A DNA stretch of 64,000 bases, taken from NCBI GenBank assembly GCA_035221665.1, contig CM069156.1, positions 36,022,001 through 36,086,000 of the forward strand, written 5' to 3'. Source of the DNA: Okamejei kenojei (taxonomy: Eukaryota). The position numbers and the translations under genes are program-made. Below the pieces are notes generated by a model. The model did not search any database, was not told the DNA's origin, and worked only from the letters and a program-made list of their open reading frames with translations. Of this stretch, positions 38,326 through 50,120 are shown in pieces; position 1 is the stretch's first letter, and each line of letters opens with the position of its first letter.

Positions 38326-39366
38326 ACGTGATCCATATCCCTCCATTCCCTGTATATCCATGTGCTCCTCTTAAATGCCACCATTGCATCTGCCTCCACC
38401 ACCACCCCTGGCAGCACGTTCCAGACACCCACCGCCCTCTGTGTAAAAAAACATGCCCAGCACAACCCCATTAAACTTTCCCCTTCTCACCTGAAAGGTA
38501 CGGCGTCTATCTTTGGACATTGCCTTCATATGTCTCCCCAATCTACACCTCTCATAATGTTATATACCTCTATCTGGTCTTCCCTCAACCTCCGAAGCTC
38601 TAGAAAAAATAAACACCCTAATCCAGGCATCACTCCGGTAAACCCCTTCTGCACCCTCTCCGAAAACTCCGCATCCTGGAATAGGGCGACACTTCATTGC
38701 GAGGACTGGAAACAAGGGCCGCACGGTGGCGCAGCGGCAGAGTTGCTGCCTTACAGCGGCAGAGACCCGGGTTCGATCCCGGCTACGGGTGCTGTCTGTG
38801 TGGAGTGTGCTCGTTCTCCCTGTGACCGCGTGGATTTCCTTTGATGCTCTGGTTTCCTCCCACTTCCCAAAGACGTGCGGCTTCGTAGGTTGTCGACACA
38901 AGGAACTGCAGATGATGGTTTACCTCCGCCCACCTGGTCGACTCCGACCATCGATCACCCGTTCTCGCTCATTCCATGTTTTCCCGTTTTCTCGTCCACT
39001 CCCCACACACTAGGGGGACAATCAGTTCCTGCCTTCTCCCCATATCCCCTGACTCCACTATCTTTAAGAGCCCTATCTAGCTCTCTCTTGAAAGCATCCA
39101 GAGAACCTGCCTCCACCGCCCTCTGAGGCAGAGAATTCCACAGACTCACCACTCTCTGTGAGAAAAAGTGTTTCCTCGTCTCCGTTCTAAATGGCTTACT
39201 CCTTATTCTTAAACTGTGTGTGGCCCCTGGTTCTGGACTCCCCCAACATCGGGAACATGTTTCCTGCCTCTAGCGTGTCCAAGCCCAGCCGCTGCATTCT
39301 CTCAGCGTATGACAGTCCCGCCATCCCGTTTCCAAGCAGTATTTAAAATGTCTGCTCATTGGTTAC

Positions 39367-39693
39367 CTTGCACTGTCACATGGACGTAGCGTTTGATTGT
39401 CTTCTCCAAGCCGACGTGGTCAACGTGACAAATGAACGTGGCGTCGTTGTCCTCGAGGGAGGCGGTGAAGCGGAAGGAACTGGTCACGTTGAAGGTGCCG
39501 TCCCTGTTCAGCCCGTGTGGGGAGAGGACGGTGTTTTTCAGGTAGTGGGGCAGGAGGTGCTCTCCGCCCTTCCGCCTCTGCCAGCGCACCGCCACGTCCA
39601 GCGGGTAGTACCGCTCCGCGCTGCACGCCAGCTTCTGCTCGTCGCCCTCCCTCAACGAGAGCGAGCTGTGGCTCAGGGACACTGTGGGCGCCT
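39367..39693 (-). CDS. Tapasin-family gene exon 5: Ig C1 domain (KLACSAERYYPLDVAVRW...NRDGTFNVTS...FICHVDH)
   Basis: 327 nt, phase 1/1. YYPLDV, DGTF and C-x-V-x-H C1-set motifs. Confidence 0.93.
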
Positions 39694-40641
39694 CTGCACA
39701 GGGGAGAGACAACACTCACTCAGCGAGGCAGGCACAGCGTCTCCGGAGAGGAGGAATGGGCGACGTTCCGGGTCGAGACCCGTCTCCAGACCCGTCTCCA
39801 GACAGAGAGTCAGGGCAGAGGAAGAGACAGAGATAAGGAGGTGTTAGGTGTGAAAACGTGACATCAAAGGGGACGAGGGCCAAGGGAAATGTAGACTAGA
39901 TCATTGTTAGCGAGGAGAAGGTGACAACAAAGCGAACCGAGATAAAATGTAATCGGGGAAGACAAAAGTGTTGGAGAAACTCAGCGGGTGCGGCAGCATC
40001 TATGGAGCGAAGGAAATAGGTTTGTTGCCTATTTCCTTCCCTCCATAGATGCTGCCGCACCCGCTGAGTTTCTCCAGCATTTCAATTTTCCAGCATCTGC
40101 AGTTCCTTCTTAAACATATTTAATCAGAGGACAGTCAGACTGGTCGAACTAGAGAGGAGGAGGGATGGAGAGGGAAAGCAAGGGTACGTGACGTTAGAGG
40201 TCAATCTTCATACCGCTGTGGTGTAAGCTGCCCAAACCACAGATGACATGCTGTCCCTCCAATTTTCCTCACTTTGACAGTGGAAGAGGCCCCAGCAATG
40301 ATCTACTCTACATTTTCAGGGGAGAGGGAGGCACAGAGATATGGAAGGGTAAGGTGTGAAAACAAGACATCAAAGGGGGTGGTTTGGCCACACGTTCGTC
40401 ATTGTAGGTTGGAATCTGACACAGTTTGTACGTTCAAGACATAGTCCTGACCTCATTGGAGTCCCTCGGACTACATTTAAATGGACTTTGCTGGCTTTAC
40501 CTTGCACTAAACATTATTCCCTTATCGTGTATCTATAGGCTGCTAATGGCTCGATTGTCATCATGTATAGTCTTTCCGCTGACTGGTTAGCACGCAACAA
40601 TAGCTTTTCACTGTACCTCGGTGCACGTGACAATAAACTAA

Positions 40642-40892
40642 ACGGCCTGTCCCACTTGCCGATTTTTTTCCCCCCGAGTGCCGGCATCATATCCGTGTCG
40701 CCAAAAGATTTTGAACATTTCAAAATCCAGCGGCGACGAAAAAAAATGTTGCGACACTTGAAAACACACCGCGCGTCAATACGTCATCACGCCGCGTCAT
40801 ACGTTATCACGCCCCATATTTTTTGGTGACCTGATACGTCAGTCAATGATGGTGGCAGTCGCCGAAACAAATCGGCATGTGGGACAGGCCCT
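40642..40892. mobile_element. PIF/Harbinger-type MITE
   Basis: TIR A(C/G)GGCCTGTCCCAC and TSD TAA. Confidence 0.78.
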
Positions 40893-41254
40893 TAAATTAA
40901 ACTGAAACTTTGTAAGGTCATATGTGCTGGGAGCAGAATTAGGCCATTCGGCCCATCAAGTCTACTCCCATTCAATCATGGCTGATCTATCTTTCCCTCT
41001 CAACCCCACTCTCCTGCCTTCCTGACACCCGTACTAATCATGAATCTGTCCATCTCTGCCTTAAAAATATCCACTGACTTGGCCTCCACTCCCTTCCGTG
41101 GCAAAGAATTCCACAGATTCACCACCCTCTGACTAAAGAAATTCCTTCTCATCGCCTTTCTAATGGTACGTCCGTTTATTCTGAGCCTCTGGCCCCAGGC
41201 TCTCCCACTAGTGGAAACATCCTCTCCACATTCACTCTATACAGGCCTTCCGCC

Positions 41255-41420
41255 AAAGTTTTTTAAAGTTTTAAAACATAGAAACTTCATAGTTTTAAAA
41301 CAGAAACGTTGTAGGTTTGAAACAGAGAAATGTTGCAGTTTTAAAACGCAGAAACATCGTAGTTTTAAGGCATAGAAACGTTTTAGGTTTAAAACGTACA
41401 CATTTTATAGGATTAAAACT
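41255..41420. repeat. Degenerate minisatellite with a ~23-bp unit (TTTTAAAACA.AGAAAC.T..TAG), about 7 copies
   Basis: Directly visible tandem units. Confidence 0.7.
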
Positions 41421-41472
41421 TCCTCCATTCTCTGCATATCTAGTTTGCTAATTTACAGTAACTAGTTATAAC

Positions 41473-41506
41473 CAAAGATTATAGAGGAGCTCCGCTATAA
41501 TCTTTG
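41473..41506. mobile_element. 34-bp palindromic mini-transposon (CAAAG...CTTTG)
   Basis: CAAAGATTATAGAGGAGCTCCGCTATAATCTTTG flanked on both sides by GTTATAAC. Confidence 0.6.
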
Positions 41507-42522
41507 GTTATAACCATGTGGGATTCAACCATGTTAAATGTTCGGTGAAGATTGAAGATGTTTTATCAAATATTTGCATTAATCTTAACTACAGAACTCT
41601 GCACTTCACCCTGGCACTGAACTAACACTTGCCGTACAGTAATTAATCCCACTCCCGAAGCTGACATAGAAACATAGAAAATAGGTGCAGGAGTCGGCCA
41701 TTCGGCCCTACGAGCCAGCACCAGCCATTCAATATGATCATGGCTGATCGTCCAAAATCAGTACCCCGTTCCTGCTTTCTCCCCATATCCCTTGATTCCG
41801 TTAGCCCTAAGAGCTATATTTAACTCTCTTTTGGAAACATCCAGTGAATTGGCCTCCACTGCCTTCTGTGGTTGAGAATTTCACAGATACACAACTCTCT
41901 GGGTGAAAAGGTTTTCCCTCGTCTCAATCCTAAATGGCCAACCCCTTATTCTTAAACTATGGCCCCTGGTTCTAGACTCCCCCAACATCAGGAACATTTT
42001 TCCTGCATCTAGCATGTCCAATCCCTTAAGTATTTTATATGTTTCTATAAGATACCCTCTCATCCTTCTAAATTCCAGTGAATATAAGCCCAGTCGATTT
42101 TCTTAAACAAAGGAACTGCAGATGCTGGTTCACACTGAAGTAAGACATAAAAAGCTGGAGCAACTCAGAAGGACAGGCAACATCTCTGGAGAAAAAGGAA
42201 TATGTGACGTTTCAGTTCGAAAGTCTGAAGAAGGGTCTCAACCCGAAACATCACCTATTACTTTTCTCCAGAGATGCTGCCTGTCCCGCTGAGTTACTCC
42301 AGCTTTTTGTATCTACCTTTATGGATAGGTGATATTATGCTTCGGGACCCTTCTTCAGAGATGGGACCCGTCTGAAGAAGGGAGATGACCAAAAACATCG
42401 CCCATCCATGTTCCCCAGTGATGCTGCCTGACCCGCTGCGTTACTCCAGCTGAAGATATCCTCCTGATTTTCTGTTAATGTCTCCACCACCCAAAATTAT
42501 TAATCTAAGTTCAATATCTCAA

Positions 42523-42812
42523 GGGCGGCACGGTGGCGCAGCAGTAGAGTTACTGCCCTACAGCGGCAGAGACCCGGGTTCGATCCTGACTACGAGTGGT
42601 GTCTGTACGCTGTCTGTACGTTCTCCCCGTGAGGGTTTTCTCCAAGGTGTTCGGTTTCCTCCCACACTCCAAAGGCCAACAGGTTTGTAGGTTGATTAGC
42701 TTGATACAAGAGTAAATTGTCCCTAGAATGCGTCGGGTAGTGCTAGTGTGCGGGTATGGCTGGATTTAGTGGGCCGAAGGGCCTGTTTTCGCGCTGTATC
42801 TCTAAACTAAAC
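42523..42812 (+). mobile_element. Full-length V-SINE (HE1-like) in intron 4 of the tapasin-family gene
   Basis: A/B boxes, V-domain and gggccgaagggcctg...ctaaactaaac tail. Confidence 0.82.
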
Positions 42813-42841
42813 TGGTGGTGTCATCAACGTTGGCGACTTAC

Positions 42842-43180
42842 CCCATATCTCCAGTTTGATGGTGTGTGTTCCAAAGAGTGGAGGGACATACACCAAGCAG
42901 GTGTAGGATCCTTCACTGCTAATGTCAACATTGTTCATGCGGATGGATGCGTTCCCGTCCCCGATCTGATCCAAGAATGCTCCAACTCCCTTCTCGATCT
43001 GTTCGGTGTGCTGGTTCTTCCCGTTGTAGATAAACAGTTTCTTCTTCGCGCCTCGGTGCAGATACCTCCAGTCAATGTAAAAGTCCGTCCGGTGGTCAAT
43101 CGCGAAGCCGCAGTCCAGAACGACGTCTTGCTTCATTTTGCTTCTGACCAATGGAGTTCGTGTGCGGATAATATAGTTCA
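42842..43180 (-). CDS. Tapasin-family gene exon 4: Ig V domain (VVLDCGF...W...GNASI...EGSYTCLV)
   Basis: 339 nt, phase 1/1. TRTP-V...V-LDCGF, GNAS and EG-Y-C-V motifs characteristic of tapasin/TAPBPR IgV. Confidence 0.93.
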
Positions 43181-43542
43181 CTGGCAGGTGAGAAGAAACA
43201 ACAGTATCACATCGATTATTAATGATATCATCCAAGTTTTATTTACCTTAGACAGACACATAATGCTGGAGCACCTCAGCGGGTCGGACAACATCTCTGG
43301 AGAAAAGGAATAGGTGTCGTTTCGGGTAGAGCCGGATCTGAAGAAGGGTCCCGACCTGAAACATCACCCATTCCTTTTCTCCAGAGATGCTGTCTGACCC
43401 GCTGACCTACTCCAGCTTTTTGTGTCTAACTTCGATTGAAACCAGCTTCTGCAGTTCCTTCCTACACATTTAATTTACCTCAGATGCTTACCATTTTAGT
43501 CTACCTATTTATTGTCGACTAGGCTTTAATTCTTTTGTAATA

Positions 43543-43888
43543 CAGGTCCACCCCCGATCCTCCGGCAACTGGTGGTCCGGCACCTCCTTTAACCCGGACT
43601 AAATCGCGAGAGCGCACTTGAAATCCCCCCCGGAGGTCCACCTGAAGACGCGGCCCCTAGTCCGGGTGAGGCGGCCGATCTCGATCTCATCGGGGGCTTC
43701 CGCGGCCGATCGCCGGGTCAGATTTGCCCCCTGCGGCCGGGGCTCGGGAACTCCGGCCCGGCAGATCCGTTCCCACGGCCGACTTCCGAGGCCGACTTTG
43801 CGGGCCATGACCTCTGATGGTCCGGCAAAACGGATAATACGGCAAGGTCTCGGGAACCAAGGGTGCCGGAGAATCGGCGGTGGTCCTG
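43543..43888. mobile_element. Tc1/mariner-type MITE, same family as 15500-15897, opposite orientation
   Basis: TA|CAGGTCCACCCCCGAT...ATCGGCGGTGGTCCTG. Confidence 0.72.
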
Positions 43889-44239
43889 TTTTGTTGGAAA
43901 AGAGGGCTTGTAAATCATTCCTCTGCTATTCCCTGCTGATGTAAAAAAGTATTACGGCATTTCTAAATTGGTAAATTATATTAGGTTGTAGTGTTATGTT
44001 TATTATCGTCACGTGTACCAGAGTGAAAAGCTTGGTTTTGCACGCTATCCAAACTGATCAGATAATACTATGCATAACGCACCAGGATCTTGATCGGTTG
44101 GGTAGGCGAGCTGAGGATTGGTTAATGGAGTTTGATGAAGATAAGTGCGAGGTGGTGCGTTTTGGAAAGTCTAACCAGGGCAGGACCTATACCGTGAATG
44201 GCAGGGCTCTGGCCAGTGTTGGAGATCAGAGGGACCTAA

Positions 44240-44467
44240 AGGGCCTGTCCCACTTTCACAACCTCATTCACAACCTCTGCCGAGTTTGCCCTTGACTCAT
44301 ACTCACAGCATGGTCGTCACGAGGTCGTAGGAGGTCGTAGGTAGGTCGTGACACTAGTCGTAGGTACTCGTGGCATCAAGTAGGTCGGGGCGTTTTTTTC
44401 AACATGATGAAAAATGTCCACAAGTAAAAAAGGTGGTGAATTAGGTCATGAAAGTGGGACAGGCCCT
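44240..44467. mobile_element. PIF/Harbinger-type MITE
   Basis: TIR AGGGCCTGTCCCACTTTCA and TSD TAA. A truncated relative starts at about 60685. Confidence 0.8.
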
Positions 44468-45243
44468 TAAGAGTGCAGGTAAAATGTGTCGGAAGGAACT
44501 GCCGATGCTGGTTTATGTCAAAGAGAGACATTAAAGCTGGAGTAACTCAGCGGGACAGGAAGCATCTCTGGCCTGGGCCTACATGACCTCCCGGTTGCCC
44601 AACACTTTAACTCCCCTTCCCATTCCCACACTGACCTTTCTGTCCTGGGCCTCCTCCACTGTCAGAGTGAGGCCACACACACAAAATGGAGGAACAGCAC
44701 CTCATGTTTCGCTCGGGCCTCTTACAACCGAGCAGTATGAACATTGATATCTCTAATTTCAAATAACCCCTGCACTCCCTCTCTCTCTCCGCCCCTCCCC
44801 CACTGCAGCCATCCTGCTAGTTCCACTGTTCGCTTTGTTATCGCTTCTCCCACAACCAACCATGGACCACTAGTGCCGGCTCTGATTTGTTCTGTACCTT
44901 TTCATACCTCTAGTTTTCCCCTCATAATGGTTAGGGAAACTCGCATTATAAAAACAACTGTGTCATTGAGGGCTCCAATATTTCAAACTTACAATTACAA
45001 AGTCGTTCTCCCATGGGATTTTCCCACGGGAAAAATAAAGCATGAAAGCGTCGCACCAGCAGACTCAGGAACAGCTTCTTCCCCTCTGTTATCAGGCTTC
45101 AGAACGGGCCTTCCATAAGCTGGGCTACTGTCCCATTCACCTCCACCCCATTGGACTCTGTCTCTGGAACTGGTGCGCTACAATGCTGAGAACTATATTC
45201 TACACTCTGTATCTTCCCCTTTGCACTACCTAGTCCACATAAG

Positions 45244-45677
45244 TTTTTTTGATGAATATTTTTATTAATTGTAAATACATATTAATAGAAAATACTTCTG
45301 TAATAATACATTCGTAATATTATTAATATTGACATTTAAGACTTATTTATATTTCTATACATTTTTTTAATAAGTAAGAAAAGATAGAGAAAAATAATAT
45401 AGAGATAAGAAATCAAAAATAAAGAAGTGAATGGAGTATTAAAAAGTTATCCATCGTTGGAGATATATCCATGATTTGTTATACGTATTTTTTCATCTAT
45501 TCAATTATTCAGGTTTCAGTCAGGCTCTCGCATCGAGCCATTTTGACCCTTTAGATATTCAATGTATGGAGACCATATTCCTCTGAAAAGATCCAACCTG
45601 TCCATTAGGACAAGCCTCAATCTTTCCAGATGGCGTGCCTCCGACATTCCTGTAATCCACATTTTGATTGTGGATAG
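45244..45677 (-). mobile_element. L1-clade LINE 3' fragment with AT-rich 3'UTR and poly(A)
   Basis: STIKMWITGMSEARHLERLRLVL..FRGIWSPYIEYL resembles the L1/Tx1 ORF2 C-terminus. T-run at 45244 on the plus strand. Confidence 0.6.
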
Positions 45678-46171
45678 GTTTGACTTGATTTGTGGTTGTG
45701 AATTGTCTGAATAACATGCAAAAGAAAGCTTTTCACTGTCCCTTGGCACACATGACAATAATAAACCTAACCCCACTAATAGCAGGACAGCACAACAGCA
45801 GAGTTGCTGCCTTACAGCGCCAGAGACACTGGTTTCGATCCTGACTCTGGGAGCTCCCTGTATGTATCTACAATTATTTACCGAAGTCAATTAACCTACA
45901 AACCTGCACGCCTTTGGAGTGTGGTAGGAAACCGGAGCTCCCGGAGAAAACCCACGCGGTCACAGGGAGAACGCACGAACTCCGTACAGACAGCACCCGT
46001 AGTCAGGATCAAATCTGGGTGTCCGGCGCTGTAAGCGCGCCACCGTGCCGTTTTGATATACTATTGGTTAAAACTAAAATACGCATGGTTTAAAAACACC
46101 TGTCTTTTCTCGTGTCAATTTGAGCAAGATTGCGGTGACTTCTTCAGTCGCCTCAAGTGTTAAAACGTTAC

Positions 46172-46462
46172 CTTGAATGATGAGGGTGTCGGTGTTTCCA
46201 ATGGGTGAAGTGTCCTCATCGGTTGGTGCTTCAATCTGCTCCTTGCCCTCGTCATCAGGTGGTTTTAGTTCTCTCATGAAGCTGGTTGTGGTGAACTTGC
46301 CGCGGGTGTGCTTCAGAGTCACGGTGAACCATCGCCTCCCCGGAGTTTCTTCACCCAGGTGGGGCCAGTCAACATGGTGGCCGTGTGTGGAATACTGGCT
46401 GATTTCACACTCCAATTCCTCGCCTTTCCCGTCTACATATTGGAAAATATCCACAGAGGAGC
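46172..46462 (-). CDS. Tapasin-family gene exon 3 (SSVDIFQYVDGKGEELECEISQY...WFTVTL...TLIIQ)
   Basis: 291 nt, phase 1/1, canonical splice sites. CEISxY...WF motif typical of tapasin/TAPBPR N-domains. Confidence 0.9.
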
Positions 46463-46734
46463 CTGTTAAGAAAAGGAAAAGTTTGCATTTCTATTAGGTG
46501 GAAAAATTATTCACAAGCATCGTCGAGTCGTACCGCGTGGAAACAGGCCCAATCTGCCCACACCGGCCAACATGTCCCATCTACACACGTCCCACCTATA
46601 TCCCTCTCTGCAGAAGGCTCTCGACCCGAAACGTCACCCATTCCTTCTCTCCAGAGATGCTGCCTGTCCCGCTGAGTTACTCCAGCATTGTGTGTCTACC
46701 TATATCCCTCTAAACCAGTCCTATCCATGATGTA

Positions 46735-47752
46735 TAGAAACATAGAAACATAGAAATTAGGTGCAGGAGTAGGCCATTCAGCCCTTCGAGCCTGCACCGC
46801 CATTCAATATGATCATGGCTGATCATCCAACTCAGTATCCCGTACCTGCCTTCTCCCCATACCCTCTGATCCCCTTAGCCACAAGGGCCACATCCAACTC
46901 ACTCTTAAATATAGCCAATGAACTGGCCTCAACTACCCTCTGTGGCAGAGTTCCAGAGACTCACCACTCTCTGTGAGAAAAAAGTCTTTCCATCTCGGTC
47001 TTAAAGATTTCCCCCCCCATATCCTTAAGCTGTGACCCCTTTGTCCTGGACTTCCCAACATCGGAACAATCTTCCTGCATCTAGCCTGTCCAACCCCTTA
47101 AGAATTTTGTAAGTTTCTATAAGATCCCCTCTCAATCTCCTAAATTCCAGAGATATAAACCGAGTCTATCCAGTCTTTCTTCATAAGACAGTCCTGACAT
47201 TTGAGACCAAAACTGTTCGCAATACTCCCGGTGTGTCTCACCAAGACCCTGTACAACTGAATAGAACCTCCCTGCTCCTGTACTCAAATCCTTTTGCTAT
47301 GAAAGCTAACATACCATTCGCTTTTTCACTGCTGCTGCACCTGCATGCCTACTTTTTCAATGACTGGTGTACCATGACACCCATCTCCGCTGCATCCTCC
47401 CCTTTTCCTAATCGCCACCATTTAAATAATATCGCCTTTCCTGTTTTTTGCCACCAAAGTGGATAAGCTCACAATTATCCACATTATACTGCATCTGCCA
47501 ACATTTGCCCACTCACCCAGCCTATCCAAGTCACCTTGCAGTCTCCTAGCATCCTCCTCACAGCTAACACTGCCCCCCAGCTTAGTGTCATCCGCAAACT
47601 TGGAGATATTGCCTTCAATTCCCTCATCCAAATCATTAATATATATTGTAAATAGCTGGGGTCCCAGCACTGAGCCCTGCGGTACCCCACTAGTCACTGC
47701 CTGCCATTGTGAAAAGGACCCGTTTACTCCTACTCTTTGCTTCCTGTTTGCC
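46735..47752 (-). mobile_element. CR1 LINE RT/3' fragment (intron 2 of the tapasin-family gene)
   Basis: ORF 47422-47766 contains [24 protein letters not shown]...KFADDTKL. (CATAGAAA)n tail on the plus strand. Confidence 0.88.
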
Positions 47753-48273
47753 AGTATTTGATACATACATCCATATACACTTCATGAGGAGGTCGTTGAG
47801 GTACCAGACTATCACAATGGTCAAGACACATGTAGATAGGTACATGGAGAGGATTGGTTTAGAGGGTTGTGAGCCAAAGGCAGGCAGGAGGGACTACCGT
47901 AGATGGGGTGGATCGGCCTGGGCAAGTTGGGCCAAAGGGCCTGTTTCCACGCTGTATGACTCCATAAAAGCACTTTAGAAATACTACTTATGCATCTCAG
48001 AGGAGTCGAACGCTGAAGAATAAAGGCTGCAGAAAGTGGTGGACAAGGCCCGGTCCATCACGGGTACTGACCTCCTCGCCATCGAAGGTGGTGAATCTGT
48101 GGAATTCTTTGCCACAGACAGCTGTGGAGACCAAGTCAGTGGATATTTTTACGGCAGAGATAGATTTGTAGATTCTTGATTAGTACGAGTGTCAGAGGTT
48201 ATGGGGAGAAGGCAGGAGAATGGGGTTACGAGGGAGAGATCGATCAGCCATGGTTTTAATGCTGGAGCAGACT

Positions 48274-48892
48274 TGTGAGATATGCACTGTGCTCACAATC
48301 ACTACTCAGATGCTAAATCGTGGAAGCAAGAGATTCTTTATTTGTGAGTCTGCAGAGCCAGGTGCCTCTCCAAGTTGAGACACACCGAAGTCAGAAGGGT
48401 AAACCCCCTTTATACACACAATTCTACATCCAACCTCCCCTCCTTTGACCCCCTCCAATCAGACACTGAGGTGCACAACCTGTAGGTACGTCCCCCCAGT
48501 ACCTCCCACATCATACATCACATGTCCATGGTAATGAGCAGTTTCTTGACCAGGGGTGTGTTGTAATATTCATTTATTTTATTAAGCATGCTCAGTTGTC
48601 CATGACCTGCCCTAGTTTTACTCACCTCCAACTGAACTCTCTCAGTTCTCCTATATCAGCACTAAAGCAAAGTATAGTGACAAGTGTCCCATCTATCACT
48701 CCCTTCTACTGATAGGGGTCTATCCTACATCACTCCCTTCTACCGCTACACAATGCTATCACTTCTTACTCAAGGATGGCTCTGGTAACCTTTATACGCA
48801 GCTGTATCAGAACCCTCTACTTGGCCTCTATCGGTTTGAATCCTCTTTAAAGCCCCTTACAATAGTGGGGTTTAATCACTTTATCCCTCACA
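48274..48892 (-). mobile_element. Solo LTR (619 bp; ERV/Gypsy type)
   Basis: TGTGAG...CTCACA termini and a 4-bp TSD GACT (48270-48273 and 48893-48896) restoring the CR1 consensus. Minus-strand TATAAA (48414-48409) then AATAAA (48342-48337). Confidence 0.8.
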
Positions 48893-49062
48893 GACTTGAT
48901 GGGCCGAATGGCCTAACTCTACTCCTATCACTTATGACCTCATGAAGCGATCTGCAGGAAGTACTGCCCCAAGAAAGCAGCTAATAGAAGTTGTCTATCC
49001 ACAAAAAGTTGTTTATCCAAATAAAAACCTGCTTGCTGACTTCACTTGATGAGTCAGGGTAC

Positions 49063-49242
49063 CTTTTACTTTAAAATGAATTGCTTTCTCATCGGTATCG
49101 ATACCACCAAAGAGCAGAAACGCCTTCCTCGAGACGGTCAAGTGGTCCAACATATGAGCCCCTTCATTTTGCTTATCTTCTCGAAAGGTGCATTCCAGCT
49201 TTCTGTTTGCATCAGTGAGTCCATTGTAGGCCAGCACTGTCC
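49063..49242 (-). CDS. Tapasin-family gene exon 2: N-terminal domain (TVLAYNGLTDANRKLECTFRED...AIHFKVK)
   Basis: ctgcag| acceptor and |gtaccc donor, 180 nt, phase 1/1. LEC corresponds to the first conserved tapasin cysteine. Confidence 0.8.
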
Positions 49243-50038
49243 CTGCAGAGGTGGAAAGTATTCAACAAAGGGAATGTTTTTTAACAACGCATTTATTTAA
49301 ACAGCGCCACTTCATTGAGAATAGATGCATTTGAACAAGATATCTATAAACAAATGTCTATACGTCTATAAACAAGAATGTAGACACAAGAATGCTGGAC
49401 TAACTCAGCGGGTCAGGCAGCATCTCTGGAGAAAAGGAAAAGGTGACGTTTCGGTTCGAGACCCTTCTTCGGACAACCCGAAAGGGTTAGGAGATGTGGG
49501 GGGCAGGTGTGTTTTACACAGAGGGTGGTGGGTGCCTGGAACGAGTTGCCGGGGTGGTGGTGAGCCGGATACTTTTGGATAGGCCCATGGGCGTGTAGAG
49601 GGTGGAGGGGCATGGATTGTGTGCAGGCAGAGTAGAGTTGGTCTTGGCATCTTGTTGGGCACAGACAGTATGGGCCGAAGGGCCTGTTCCTGTGCTGTAC
49701 TGTTGTATGCTCTATGGTCCCAAAGAAGCAGCTCACGCCCCTGCTTTGGGATATTGTTGCTGAGGTTGAATTTATAACGACTAAACTGGGCATTCGGCTT
49801 GCTGGGGGTCCAATGAGAATGGGATGTGTGGGCAGGAACTGCAGATGCTGCTTTAAGCCGAAGATAGACACAAAACGCTGGAGTAACTCGGCGGGTCAGG
49901 CAGCATCTCTGGAGACAAGGGGTGGGTGACGGGGTCGAGTGCCTTCTTCAGACACGGGCTCTAAAAGCAACACTTTGCGTGCCAAGGACACGTAGGTGGG
50001 ACAGGCCCGCGGCGCGGTGCGAATCGGGGTGGTCTTAC

Positions 50039-50120
50039 CAGCGGAGACCATGCAGAGGAGCAGAGCCAACATGCGTGGAGATAGACCCGGAGCCGCCGGT
50101 CTCAGCCCAAGGACAGACAT
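50039..50120 (-). CDS. Tapasin-family gene exon 1: signal peptide (MSVLGLRPAAPGLSPRMLALLLCMVSAG)
   Basis: ATG at 50120, with an alternative in-frame ATG at 50072. Hydrophobic core and |gtaag donor in phase 1. Confidence 0.75.

Noticed and set aside
35789-50120. Calling the gene TAPBP or mammalian-style TAPBPL (TAPBPR), and the region part of the MHC
   Set aside because: The diagnostic residues of both are missing and no MHC-linked genes are visible. The gene symbol is left blank pending phylogeny.
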